Positions 24,464 to 32,577 of a DNA stretch of 34,078 bases are shown here, in pieces. The stretch lies in the NCBI GenBank assembly GCA_030635415.1, contig DAOVYW010000001.1, forward strand, positions 1 through 34,078. Reading direction: 5' to 3'. A program made the position numbers and the translations under genes. Each line of letters begins with the position of its first letter. Position 1 is the first letter of the stretch. Under the pieces are notes generated by a model. It searched no databases. It was not told where the DNA came from and was given only the letters and a program-made list of their open reading frames with translations. This DNA is from Candidatus Firestoneibacteriota bacterium (GTDB lineage Bacteria; Oederibacteriota; JAAXVQ01; JAUVAV01).

Positions 24464-24585
24464 AAGTGTTTAAAACCCGCTTTTGTGCCTAAGTCCGACA
24501 GGTGCTACTATTTTTTTATTCAATGATACTACAGTATTTTTAATAAAGTAGTAATCATTTTCAAAAAAAAAAGAGGTTCTCAAGC

Positions 24586-24614
24586 TTGACTTGCTTAGTT
24601 ATTTAATGTATATT
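24586..24614 (+). promoter_or_regulatory. sigma70 promoter of the rplU operon with upstream A-tract
   Basis: TTGACT (24586-24591), a 17-nt spacer, then TATATT (24609-24614). An A-rich tract at 24563-24572 is in UP-element position. The leader to ATG 24738 is ~120 nt. Confidence 0.6.
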
Positions 24615-24737
24615 ACCGTTTCTCTTTTTAACCAAATAAATTATTAGCTGGCAGAACGGAACCGGCTGATTCAGAATGAACTGTTAGGGTTGGGATGAGG
24701 ATGTTTTCAGGCAATTGATAGCAGGAGGAGATTAATT

Positions 24738-25055
24738 ATGTATGCAGTGATTGAAACCGGTGGAAAACAGTATAGAGCAGATAAAGGGGCTCTGCTTAAA
24801 GTGGAGCGTCTGGATACCGAGCGCGGTAAAACGGTTGAGTTAGATAAGGTCCTGCTTCTGCATGACGGGGAGAAGGTTACTATCGGCCGGCCGGTTGTGG
24901 AGGGCGCCAAAGTGATTGGCGAGGTAGTGCGTCAGGCCCGGGCTGCCAAGGTAATTAGTTATAAATATAAACCCCGTAAGCATTCGGCCACGCTGCGGGG
25001 GCATCGGCAGTATTATACCCAGATCAAGATTCTCGACGTAGTAACGGGAAAGTAG
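24738..25055 (+). CDS. rplU: 50S ribosomal protein L21
   Basis: [14 protein letters not shown]... is the canonical L21 N-terminus. 105 aa. AGGAGG SD. Confidence 0.97.
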   Translation: MYAVIETGGKQYRADKGALLKVERLDTERGKTVELDKVLLLHDGEKVTIGRPVVEGAKVIGEVVRQARAAKVISYKYKPRKHSATLRGHRQYYTQIKILDVVTGK

Positions 25056-25065
25056 GAGGCTTTTC

Positions 25066-25431
25066 ATGGCACATAAAAAAGGACAGGGTTCTTCACATAA
25101 TGGCCGGAATTCAGCCGGCCAAAGACTGGGCTGCAAACGCTTTGGCGGGCAATTAGTAAGCGCCGGCAGTATTCTGGTCCGCCAGCGGGGCACTAGGTTT
25201 AAACCCGGAATGAATGTGGGAAAAGGCAAGGATGATACCTTGTACGCCAAGATAAATGGCCAGGTGCAATACCTGGGTCAGGAGAAAGGGCGGCGCTATA
25301 TTTCAGTTATTGCCGTGGAAGCACCAAAACCTGAGTTGGCAGCTGTAACTTCTGAAACAGTTCCCGTGCCGGCCGGAGTTCCCGGCATTTCGGCGGAAGG
25401 ATCAGCAGCTGAGGGGATTCAGAATGCCTAG
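25066..25431 (+). CDS. rpmA: 50S ribosomal protein L27 (with ~36-aa C-terminal extension)
   Basis: [28 protein letters not shown]...[11 protein letters not shown] is canonical L27. Homology ends near ...[10 protein letters not shown] (aa ~85) and is followed by an Ala/Pro/Glu-rich tail. AGGAGG SD. Confidence 0.96.
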   Translation: MAHKKGQGSSHNGRNSAGQRLGCKRFGGQLVSAGSILVRQRGTRFKPGMNVGKGKDDTLYAKINGQVQYLGQEKGRRYISVIAVEAPKPELAAVTSETVPVPAGVPGISAEGSAAEGIQNA

Positions 25432-25450
25432 GATCTAAAATGTTTTCCAG

Positions 25451-25485
25451 AGCCCCGAGGAAAGCCTTGGGGCTTTTTTTATTTT
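25451..25485 (+). terminator. intrinsic terminator/attenuator between rpmA and obg
   Basis: AGCCCCGAGG (25451-25460), AAAG loop, CCTTGGGGCT (25465-25474, one G-U pair), followed by TTTTTTATTTT. Confidence 0.75.
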
Positions 25486-25496
25486 AGGAGTTTTTT

Positions 25497-26786
25497 ATGG
25501 GTGCAAAAAAAAATTTTATCGACCGGGCAGTAATCAGAGTAAAGGCCGGGGACGGAGGAAACGGTGCTTCGCATTTTTACCGGGCGAAATATGTCCCCTT
25601 GGGCGGGCCGGACGGCGGAGACGGCGGACGTGGGGGAAGCGTGGTTTTTGTTGCGGAGGAGGGCTTAAACACGCTGCTGGATTTTTCTTATCGCAGAGAG
25701 TATAAGGCGCAGCCGGGCAGTCCGGGTATGGGGAAGAAAAAATACGGGAAACAGGGACAAGAGCGTATAGTCCAGGTGCCGGTAGGAACAGTGGTGCTGA
25801 CGCGGGAAGGCGAACTGGTCGTGGATTTGACACGGCCTGGTCAGCGTGAGGTAGTGGCCAAGGGCGGACGTGGCGGCCGGGGGAATGTACACTTTGCCAC
25901 TGCCCTGCGGCGGGCACCGAAGTTGGCGGAGAAAGGCGAGCCCGGGGAAGAACAGGAACTTGTTCTGGAATTAAAATTGCTGGCCGATGTGGGACTGGTC
26001 GGTCTTCCCAATGCCGGAAAATCCACGCTTTTATCCTCCCTTTCCGCGGCCCGGCCTAAAATTGCGGCTTACCCCTTCACTACGTTGACCCCGCACCTCG
26101 GGCAGGTGAAAATCGGTGGGGAAGCTGGTTTTTTAATGGTTGATATTCCGGGCTTGATAGAGAAGGCTTCCCAGGGCCAGGGATTGGGTCACGAGTTTCT
26201 TCGGCATATCGAACGCACTAGATTACTTATCCACCTGGTGGATATCGGATTCCCGGAAGTAAAGCCGCTGCAGGCTTTTAAGACCATAAATCACGAACTG
26301 ACGAGTTACCACCCGGATTTAGCCAACCGTCCCCAGATAATCGCCCTGAATAAAGCCGACTTGGTTATCAAGCCGGGAGAGCTTGACGCGCTGGTGCGCA
26401 AGTTTAAAAAAGGCGGGCGCGAAGTTTTTGTCATCTCAGCGGCTACCCGCCAAGGTGTTCTGGAGTTAGCCCGCCGGGCTTACATCCTGCTCAAATCGCT
26501 TCCGGTTGAATCTCCGTTTTTCCCCCCACAGGTTAAACCACGAACCGGACCTGAACCCCGATTTACACTGGAATCCCTGGGATCAGGATGCTGGCAGCTT
26601 AAGGGACGCGAGCCGGAGAAATGGGTCGCTATGACGGATTTTGATAATAAAGAGGCAGTAGCCAAACTTCGAAACATTTTTTACCGTCTGGGAATAACCG
26701 CGGCTTTTAAGCAACAGGGAGCGGTTTCCGGGGATACTGTAAAGGTGGGTAAAAAAGAAGAGTTTTATTATCGGGAAGATATGTAA
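25497..26786 (+). CDS. obg: GTPase Obg/CgtA
   Basis: Gly-rich Obg fold FIDRAVIRVKAGDGGNGASHF...GGPDGGDGGRGG. G1 GLPNAGKST, G3 DIPG, G4 NKAD. C-terminal OCT domain (...GDTVKVGKKEF). Confidence 0.97.
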   Translation: MGAKKNFIDRAVIRVKAGDGGNGASHFYRAKYVPLGGPDGGDGGRGGSVVFVAEEGLNTLLDFSYRREYKAQPGSPGMGKKKYGKQGQERIVQVPVGTVVLTREGELVVDLTRPGQREVVAKGGRGGRGNVHFATALRRAPKLAEKGEPGEEQELVLELKLLADVGLVGLPNAGKSTLLSSLSAARPKIAAYPFTTLTPHLGQVKIGGEAGFLMVDIPGLIEKASQGQGLGHEFLRHIERTRLLIHLVDIGFPEVKPLQAFKTINHELTSYHPDLANRPQIIALNKADLVIKPGELDALVRKFKKGGREVFVISAATRQGVLELARRAYILLKSLPVESPFFPPQVKPRTGPEPRFTLESLGSGCWQLKGREPEKWVAMTDFDNKEAVAKLRNIFYRLGITAAFKQQGAVSGDTVKVGKKEEFYYREDM

Positions 26787-26927
26787 TATAATTCTGCGGC
26801 GTAATATTATGACCACGTGAGCGGCCGCGATAATCGGTGGTAGATCCACCTTTTATAAGGATTGAAAAACAGCACCCCGTATTAGTGTATGGAAAAAATC
26901 CGGCAAAGAGTGCATTCGGAGAAAAGC

Positions 26928-28058
26928 ATGCAGCGCAGAGAACTTTTGAAAAATGCTAAACGCCTGGTAGTAAAGATCGGCAGCGCACTGCTGGCCCGGG
27001 AGAGCGGCGGAGTGAATACCGCTTTTATTTCCAAATTGGCCCGGGAGATCGCGGAGTTACACAGCCAGGGCCGGGAAGTGATACTAGTCAGCTCCGGCGC
27101 GATTGGCGCGGGCATGGCGGTTTTACAAAGCAGGGAACGTCCGCGTACTATTCCCGCTAAACAGGCTCTGGCCGCCATCGGTCAGCCGCGCTTAATGCAG
27201 GCTTATGCCGGGGTTTTCGGGCGCCAAGGCTTGATAACCGCCCAGGTGCTTCTGACTGCGGAAGATATTCACAATCGACAGCGGTATTCCCACGCCCGCA
27301 ACGCCTTGTTGGAAATATTAAAACAAGGCGTGATTCCTATCTTTAATGAGAATGACACGGTCTCAGTGGAGGAGATACAATTCGGCGATAATGACGTGCT
27401 TTCCGCGCATATCACAAATATGGCGGAAGCAGATTGCCTGGTGGTACTGACAAATGTAGATGGTTTATATTCCCGGGATCCGCGTTATTATCCGGATGCG
27501 GTTTTAATTTCCCAGGTGGAGAAAATCGATCGAAAAATCGAGAACCTGGCGGCGGCTGCCACCACTAATCATTTAGGCACCGGGGGCATGGCGACTAAGC
27601 TGCAGGCGGCTAAGATGGTTACCGGTATGGGAGAGGAATTGGTGATAGCCAATGGCCAAAGGAAGCATGTTCTGCCGCTTATTATTTCCGGCCGGGAAAT
27701 TGGCACTATTTTTTATCCCCGGGGAGATAAGCTGGGGGCGCGTAAACGCTGGATTGCGTTTGCGCTGCGCCGGAAGGGAGCTCTGCTTCTGGATTCCGGC
27801 GCCGGCACGGCCGTGAAGGAACAGGGCCGAAGTCTTCTGCCTTCAGGCATTTTATCCGTGGAAGGGCAATTCAAACAGGGGGATTGCGTGGGGCTAAGGG
27901 ATCAAGCCGGACGCGAATTCGCATGCGGTCTGGTAAATTATGCCTCAGACGAGATTGAGCGGCTCTGCGGAGTCAAAACCAAGGAGATCGAGCGTATTTT
28001 AGGATATAAGAACAATGATGAAATAATTCGTCGCAACGACCTGGCACTTTTGAAGTAA
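26928..28058 (+). CDS. proB: glutamate 5-kinase with C-terminal PUA domain
   Basis: RLVVKIGSALL...VILVSSGAIGAG...NENDTV...DNDVLSA kinase motifs, then a PUA-like C-terminus. GGAG (26918-26921) lies 6 nt before ATG 26928. The track ORF starts at ATG 26889, which has no SD. Confidence 0.93.
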   Translation: MQRRELLKNAKRLVVKIGSALLARESGGVNTAFISKLAREIAELHSQGREVILVSSGAIGAGMAVLQSRERPRTIPAKQALAAIGQPRLMQAYAGVFGRQGLITAQVLLTAEDIHNRQRYSHARNALLEILKQGVIPIFNENDTVSVEEIQFGDNDVLSAHITNMAEADCLVVLTNVDGLYSRDPRYYPDAVLISQVEKIDRKIENLAAAATTNHLGTGGMATKLQAAKMVTGMGEELVIANGQRKHVLPLIISGREIGTIFYPRGDKLGARKRWIAFALRRKGALLLDSGAGTAVKEQGRSLLPSGILSVEGQFKQGDCVGLRDQAGREFACGLVNYASDEIERLCGVKTKEIERILGYKNNDEIIRRNDLALLK

Positions 28059-28089
28059 ATCGTACCGACGTTAGAGTAGGAGGTTATTC

Positions 28090-29346
28090 ATGAGCATTCG
28101 CGAAGAACTGCAAACCATGGCCAAGAGAGCTAAAAAGGCGGCCCGGATAATGGCGGCGGCCGGAACCGCGGCTAAAAACCTGGCGCTACAAAATATGGCT
28201 CAAACTATTGAGAGCCGCCAGGCCGAAATATTAAAGGCTAATGGAGAAGATCTGGCAGCCGCCCGGCAGGCGGGAATATCCGGTGCCTTGCTGGATCGCT
28301 TAACCTTAAATGGGACGCGTATCCGGGAGATGGTTAAAGGGCTGCGGGAGATGATAGAATTGCCGGATCCGATAGGCGAGGTGGAGATGGAGAGGGTAAG
28401 GCCTAACGGCCTGCGCGTGGGACGGATGCGTGTACCTCTGGGCGTGTTGGGCATGGTTTACGAGGCCCGGCCTAATGTTACGGCGGATGCCGCCGGGCTT
28501 TGTATTAAATCCGGGAATGCTGTCATTCTGCGCGGCGGAAGCGAAGCCATCCGGAGTTGCCGGGCTATTGGGCAATGCGTGACTGAAGCGGTCCAGGCCG
28601 CCGGGCTGCCGTCCGAAGCAGTTCAGGTAGTAGAGACAACCGACCGTCAGGCTGTGACTGAATTAATTACTTTAGATGGCTTGATTGACTGCGTTATTCC
28701 CCGGGGCGGAAGAGCATTCTTGCAGTGGGTCGCTCGTACAGCCACGGTTCCGGTGATTCGGCACGGCGATGGTAATTGTCATGTTTATATTGATTCGCCG
28801 GTTGATATGGAGATGGCGGTGAAAATCGCTGTTAATTCCAAGGTGCAGCGTCCCGGAGTGTGCAACGCGGCTGAGACTTTACTGGTGCATGCCGAGGTGG
28901 CACCCCGGATCCTTCCTGTCCTACTGTCCCGTTTTAGCGAGGCCGGGGTGGAACTGAGGGGATGCCAGCGTACACGGGAAATTTATCCGGCCGCCCAACC
29001 GGCAAAGGAAGATGATTGGATGACGGAATATCTGGACATGATTTTAGCGGTGCGTGTAGTAGAGAACATGACAGCGGCTATGGATCATATCGCCCAATAT
29101 GGCAGTGGTCACTCAGAGGCGATAGTTACCTCGGATTATATGCATGCTGAGCGCTGGCTGCGCGAAGTGGACGCTTCCTCGGTGCTGGTAAATGCCTCGA
29201 CGCGCTTTACGGATGGCGGACAATTCGGCCTGGGAGCGGAGATCGGTATTTCCACCCAAAAGCTGCACGCCCGTGGACCAATGGGAATTCGCGAACTGAC
29301 AACCACGAAATTTATTGTTCGCGGACAGGGACAGATACGGGAATAG
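28090..29346 (+). CDS. proA: gamma-glutamyl phosphate reductase
   Basis: 418-aa aldehyde-dehydrogenase-type protein with VIPRGG and CNAAETLLVH (catalytic Cys), typical of ProA. AGGAGG SD. Adjacent to proB. Confidence 0.95.
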   Translation: MSIREELQTMAKRAKKAARIMAAAGTAAKNLALQNMAQTIESRQAEILKANGEDLAAARQAGISGALLDRLTLNGTRIREMVKGLREMIELPDPIGEVEMERVRPNGLRVGRMRVPLGVLGMVYEARPNVTADAAGLCIKSGNAVILRGGSEAIRSCRAIGQCVTEAVQAAGLPSEAVQVVETTDRQAVTELITLDGLIDCVIPRGGRAFLQWVARTATVPVIRHGDGNCHVYIDSPVDMEMAVKIAVNSKVQRPGVCNAAETLLVHAEVAPRILPVLLSRFSEAGVELRGCQRTREIYPAAQPAKEDDWMTEYLDMILAVRVVENMTAAMDHIAQYGSGHSEAIVTSDYMHAERWLREVDASSVLVNASTRFTDGGQFGLGAEIGISTQKLHARGPMGIRELTTTKFIVRGQGQIRE

Positions 29347-29362
29347 AACAGAGGCGGAAATA

Positions 29363-29962
29363 ATGCGTATTGGAATCTTTGGCGGGACTTTTGATCCCAT
29401 ACATATCGGTCATTTGCGTGCGGCCCAGGAAGTGGCGGAGAAACTGGCGCTGGACCGGGTTTTGTTTATTCCCGCCGGATGTCCGCCGCACCGCTGCGCG
29501 CCCCGTGCTTCTGCGAACCACCGTCTGGCTATGGTCAAACAGGCGGTAGCGGATAATCCGCGGTTTGAGGTTTCGGATATGGAAATCCGGCGGGCCGGAA
29601 AGTCTTTTACAGTGGACACCTTATCCGAACTCGCCCGCGCCGATCCTTTTAATAAATTATATTTAATCGTGGGATCCGACCAGATAGCTAAGATAGATAA
29701 ATGGCGCCAGCCGCAAAAAATTTCCGAGTACGCCCGCTTAGTGGTGATCTCACGCCCCGGGGTAAAAATATCGGCCGTGAAAAAAAAACCTGCCTCCCCG
29801 GCCTTCAGGTCACTGGGAAAAACCCTTATTTTTCTTCCGGTCAGCCTGCTGGACATATCGGCGTCGAATATCCGGAGCCGGCTGCGAGCCGGCCGCGAAG
29901 TGCGTTACCTGGTTCCTGAGTCTGTGATAAAGTATCTGCGCAGCCATAAACTTTATCAATAA
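29363..29962 (+). CDS. nadD: nicotinate-nucleotide adenylyltransferase
   Basis: MRIGIFGGTFDPIHIGHL (HxGH motif) and ISASNIR (ISSTxxR-like). ATG 29363 with GAGG 8 nt upstream. The track start at 29315 would overlap proA. Confidence 0.93.
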   Translation: MRIGIFGGTFDPIHIGHLRAAQEVAEKLALDRVLFIPAGCPPHRCAPRASANHRLAMVKQAVADNPRFEVSDMEIRRAGKSFTVDTLSELARADPFNKLYLIVGSDQIAKIDKWRQPQKISEYARLVVISRPGVKISAVKKKPASPAFRSLGKTLIFLPVSLLDISASNIRSRLRAGREVRYLVPESVIKYLRSHKLYQ

Positions 29963-30132
29963 AAAATCTCTGTGACTCAAGTTCCCTGATTTTTCATCCG
30001 AAAATAAAAATTAGGGTGTTTTCTAGGAGCCGGTTGGGCTTAAGTACAAAATTGGATTTTGAGCACTAGAGTCCAACGAGATCCTAGGCGGTAGGAGTCA
30101 AAATCATCGGATCGGGAACTGAGGGGGCTAAG

Positions 30133-30507
30133 ATGAAAAAATATAAAGTTATGATAGTAGATGATGAGCCGGATATTGTTAGACTGGTAAAAATTTCACT
30201 GGAGATGGCAAATTTTGAGGTGGTCGAAGCCTTTTCCGGACAGGAAGCGCTGGAAAAAGTCCCGGAAATCAAGCCGGATATGATTCTCTTGGATATTATG
30301 ATGCCGGACATCAACGGTTTCGAGGTTTGCAAAAGACTCAAGGCCGATAGCAAAACCAAACACATACCCGTGATTATGCTGACGGCTAAAGGGCAGCGGG
30401 GAGATGCCGAGCAGGGCTTGAAAGAGGGTGCGGATGATTATATTATAAAGCCTTTTGATCCCTATGAGCTGGGCGAGCAGATTTTAGAGATGCTGAAGAA
30501 AGAATAG
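30133..30507 (+). CDS. stand-alone response-regulator receiver (CheY-like) protein
   Basis: 124 aa. Acidic pocket DDE, phospho-acceptor LLDIMMPD, T in MLTAKG, K in IIKPF. No output domain. GAGGGGG SD. Confidence 0.92.
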   Translation: MKKYKVMIVDDEPDIVRLVKISLEMANFEVVEAFSGQEALEKVPEIKPDMILLDIMMPDINGFEVCKRLKADSKTKHIPVIMLTAKGQRGDAEQGLKEGADDYIIKPFDPYELGEQILEMLKKE

Positions 30508-30510
30508 ATG

Positions 30511-30606
30511 CTAGGAGCCTGTCGGACTTATCAGCGTTAATAAAGCCAATCTGAGTATTAAATTACATTTTTACTTAACTTCCCCCTTTTTAAGAGGCTG
30601 TGTCCG
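30511..30606. repeat. second repeat module (partial copy E): CCTGTCGGACTTA block plus CTTCCCCCTTT..GAGGCTGTGTC block
   Basis: 30518-30530 CCTGTCGGACTTA is the reverse complement of 24490-24502. 30579-30606 CTTCCCCCTTTTTAAGAGGCTGTGTCC matches both termini of copy D (24301-24323, and the reverse complement of 24441-24466). Confidence 0.7.
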
Positions 30607-30824
30607 GACCCATTTAATCAGAGGATTTTACTCAATTTATTGCGGAAACCTCAGGGATAAAAAAATAAAGGGAAGGATATTTTTTGTAAAAAAAGATAAA
30701 GTTATATGATACAATACGCCGTGAAAAGCATACCCGTTACAATTGGGGAGCAAGGGGCATATTTTCCCGGTAGCGGCCTGGTGGCCTCAAGCGTGGGCAA
30801 AAAACCGGGAGAACGGGGGGAGGC

Positions 30825-31088
30825 ATGAAATTAAAAAATTATATGGAAACTGCGGTACAAAATGGATTGGATGAATTATTAAAAACCAGAGAGGATGTTT
30901 GCAAGTGCAGCCGTTGCCGCCTGGACATAATAGCCTATACACTGAATAATTTGCCAGCCAAGTATGTTGTGACGGACAAGGGGCATACCTATACCCGGGT
31001 GGCGGAAATGACACAGCAATTTAATGCCGATGTAGTTGTAGCGCTTACCAGAGCAATCCGGCGCGTGGCCAAAAAGCCTCGTCACTAG
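30825..31088 (+). CDS. comFB: ComFB-family protein (late competence development protein ComFB domain)
   Basis: 87 aa. CKCSRCRLDIIAYTLNNLPAKYV matches the C.C..C..D..A..LN..P.Y signature of ComFB. GGGGGAGG SD. Confidence 0.8.
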   Translation: MKLKNYMETAVQNGLDELLKTREDVCKCSRCRLDIIAYTLNNLPAKYVVTDKGHTYTRVAEMTQQFNADVVVALTRAIRRVAKKPRH

Positions 31089-31128
31089 GAGTTTGAGCAT
31101 TTAGTCATAGACTAATTGCTCAAACTCC
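31088..31128. terminator. near-perfect 19-bp-stem hairpin right after comFB
   Basis: GGAGTTTGAGCATTTAGTC, ATA loop, GACTAATTGCTCAAACTCC, with one mismatch. It overlaps the comFB stop codon. There is no clear U-tract, so a terminator role is uncertain. A second AT-rich hairpin CAATAAAAAA...TTTTTTATTG lies at 31156-31191. Confidence 0.5.
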
Positions 31129-31254
31129 AGAGCGATTTAAAATTGACCAATAGAGCAATAAAAAAATCCAATGGCGGTCTCTTTTTTATTGTTCAATTGC
31201 TCAGGCTCCTGAATTAATTAGTCTTTATAAAAAATAATTACTGAAAGGTTATGG

Positions 31255-32565
31255 ATGTTTAAAAAGATATTCTGGATATTAGGGCTGTCCTGCTTGGGTA
31301 TTTTTATGGTGGCAATTTGGTTCCAGAATTATTATTTCGTGAGCGAGTTTCCACAGGAGGGGTTGGTTCTGGAGGTGTGGAATAAACCCCCGGCGCGGCA
31401 GGTCAAAGCGCGTAAATTATGGAAGGAGACTTTGCTGCGTTTTGAACAGGAATTTTCTGACATTAAAATCCGGGGCTTAGAACGCAAATTTTCGCCCCAG
31501 GAGTTTATAACCGCCATGGCCGGAGGAAAAGGGCCGGACGTGATGCACATATGGATTGGAGCCCTTCCCGTATTGGCCCGCAAAGGTTTTATTGCTCCGC
31601 TGGATGAATATATTACGGAGTGGGATCAGAAGGACTATATTCCAGAAAGGGTTTGGGAGCCGGCCAGGGTGAATGGGAAAACTTACGGAATTCCCCGGGA
31701 CACCTATTTTACGGTTTTATTTTACCGTAAGGATTTATTTTACCGGGCCGGGCTGAATCCTGAACAGCCGCCCCGCGACTGGGAGGAATTGGTGCGGTAC
31801 GCGAAAATCCTTACACTTCCCGAAAAGGGGCAATACGGCTTTGGCTGGCCGTCCAATACCTGGAATTTTATGGATTTCGTTTGGCAGAACGGTGGAGAAT
31901 TAGTGGCGCGTAACCCGCAGGGCGGTTGGCGGGCCACACTGGATACCGTCCCGGTAGTCGAGACGCTTAAGTTTTTGCGGGACTTGAAATTGAAGCACCA
32001 GGTGCTGCCGCCGAGTGATCTAACCAGTCACGAGGATGTTTCGCAGATGTTTGCGTTGGGGCGTGTGGCCATGATGATGGGAGTGGCCAATCAACTTCCC
32101 ACCCTGATTAATAAATATGGATTGAATTTTAAAGCCGCCGGAATTGCTCCCTTGCCGGCCGGCCCCGCCGGGCTGCGGGCTTCGCATGCCGGCGGAGAAG
32201 TGTATATTATTAATTCCGCCATTTCCCCTGAACGCCGGGCGGCTGCCTGGAAATATATAGAATTTGAGATCTCTCCCGCCAATCAGCTCTGGAAGTGGGT
32301 GCGGATGAAAGAGTTGAAAATGATGGTATTTCCAGGGGCTTTTTCAGCTTCCACCAACCTTTTAAATGTGCCGGGATTCGCCATGGTTAATGAAGAACTT
32401 CAGTTTGTTCGCAATGAGCCGCATATGGAACAATGGATTTTAGTCAAGGACGCTTTGGATAATGGTCCGCTTCAGGCCATTTTCGTAGATAAGGATTTGA
32501 ACCTGGAGAATTATATGCGGGATTTCAATTATAAGATTAACCGGGATTATTTTTCCAAGCCATAA
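31255..32565 (+). CDS. ABC transporter substrate-binding protein (family-1 extracellular solute-binding, sugar type), membrane-anchored
   Basis: N-terminal anchor MFKKIFWILGLSCLGIFMVAIW. The overall pattern (GPDVMHIW..., YGIPRDTYF, FYRKDLF, WEELV) is typical of MalE/UgpB-like SBPs. A MalF/UgpA-like permease follows. Confidence 0.85.
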   Translation: MFKKIFWILGLSCLGIFMVAIWFQNYYFVSEFPQEGLVLEVWNKPPARQVKARKLWKETLLRFEQEFSDIKIRGLERKFSPQEFITAMAGGKGPDVMHIWIGALPVLARKGFIAPLDEYITEWDQKDYIPERVWEPARVNGKTYGIPRDTYFTVLFYRKDLFYRAGLNPEQPPRDWEELVRYAKILTLPEKGQYGFGWPSNTWNFMDFVWQNGGELVARNPQGGWRATLDTVPVVETLKFLRDLKLKHQVLPPSDLTSHEDVSQMFALGRVAMMMGVANQLPTLINKYGLNFKAAGIAPLPAGPAGLRASHAGGEVYIINSAISPERRAAAWKYIEFEISPANQLWKWVRMKELKMMVFPGAFSASTNLLNVPGFAMVNEELQFVRNEPHMEQWILVKDALDNGPLQAIFVDKDLNLENYMRDFNYKINRDYFSKP

Positions 32566-32577
32566 GGGAGCTTAGAG

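Noticed and set aside
24259-24526. Track ORFs 24259-24492 and 24326-24526 (+).
   Set aside because: They lie entirely within palindromic repeat copy D. Their peptides (..CFVAYAPRNDR.., ..VIASDRRERG..) are the recurrent pseudo-translations of the repeat arms, and there is no SD.
26836-26856. The small hairpin GGTGG-TAGAT-CCACC followed by TTTTAT between obg and proB, as a possible terminator.
   Set aside because: The stem is only 5 bp. obg-proB-proA-nadD is normally co-transcribed. It is too weak to call, although the adjacent TTTTATAAGGAT 12-mer is noted as a possible repeat relic.
29315-29362. The upstream start of nadD at 29315, overlapping proA by 32 nt.
   Set aside because: The conserved NadD N-terminus (MRIGIFGGTFDP) begins at ATG 29363, which has its own SD. 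The upstream residues have no counterpart in NadD.
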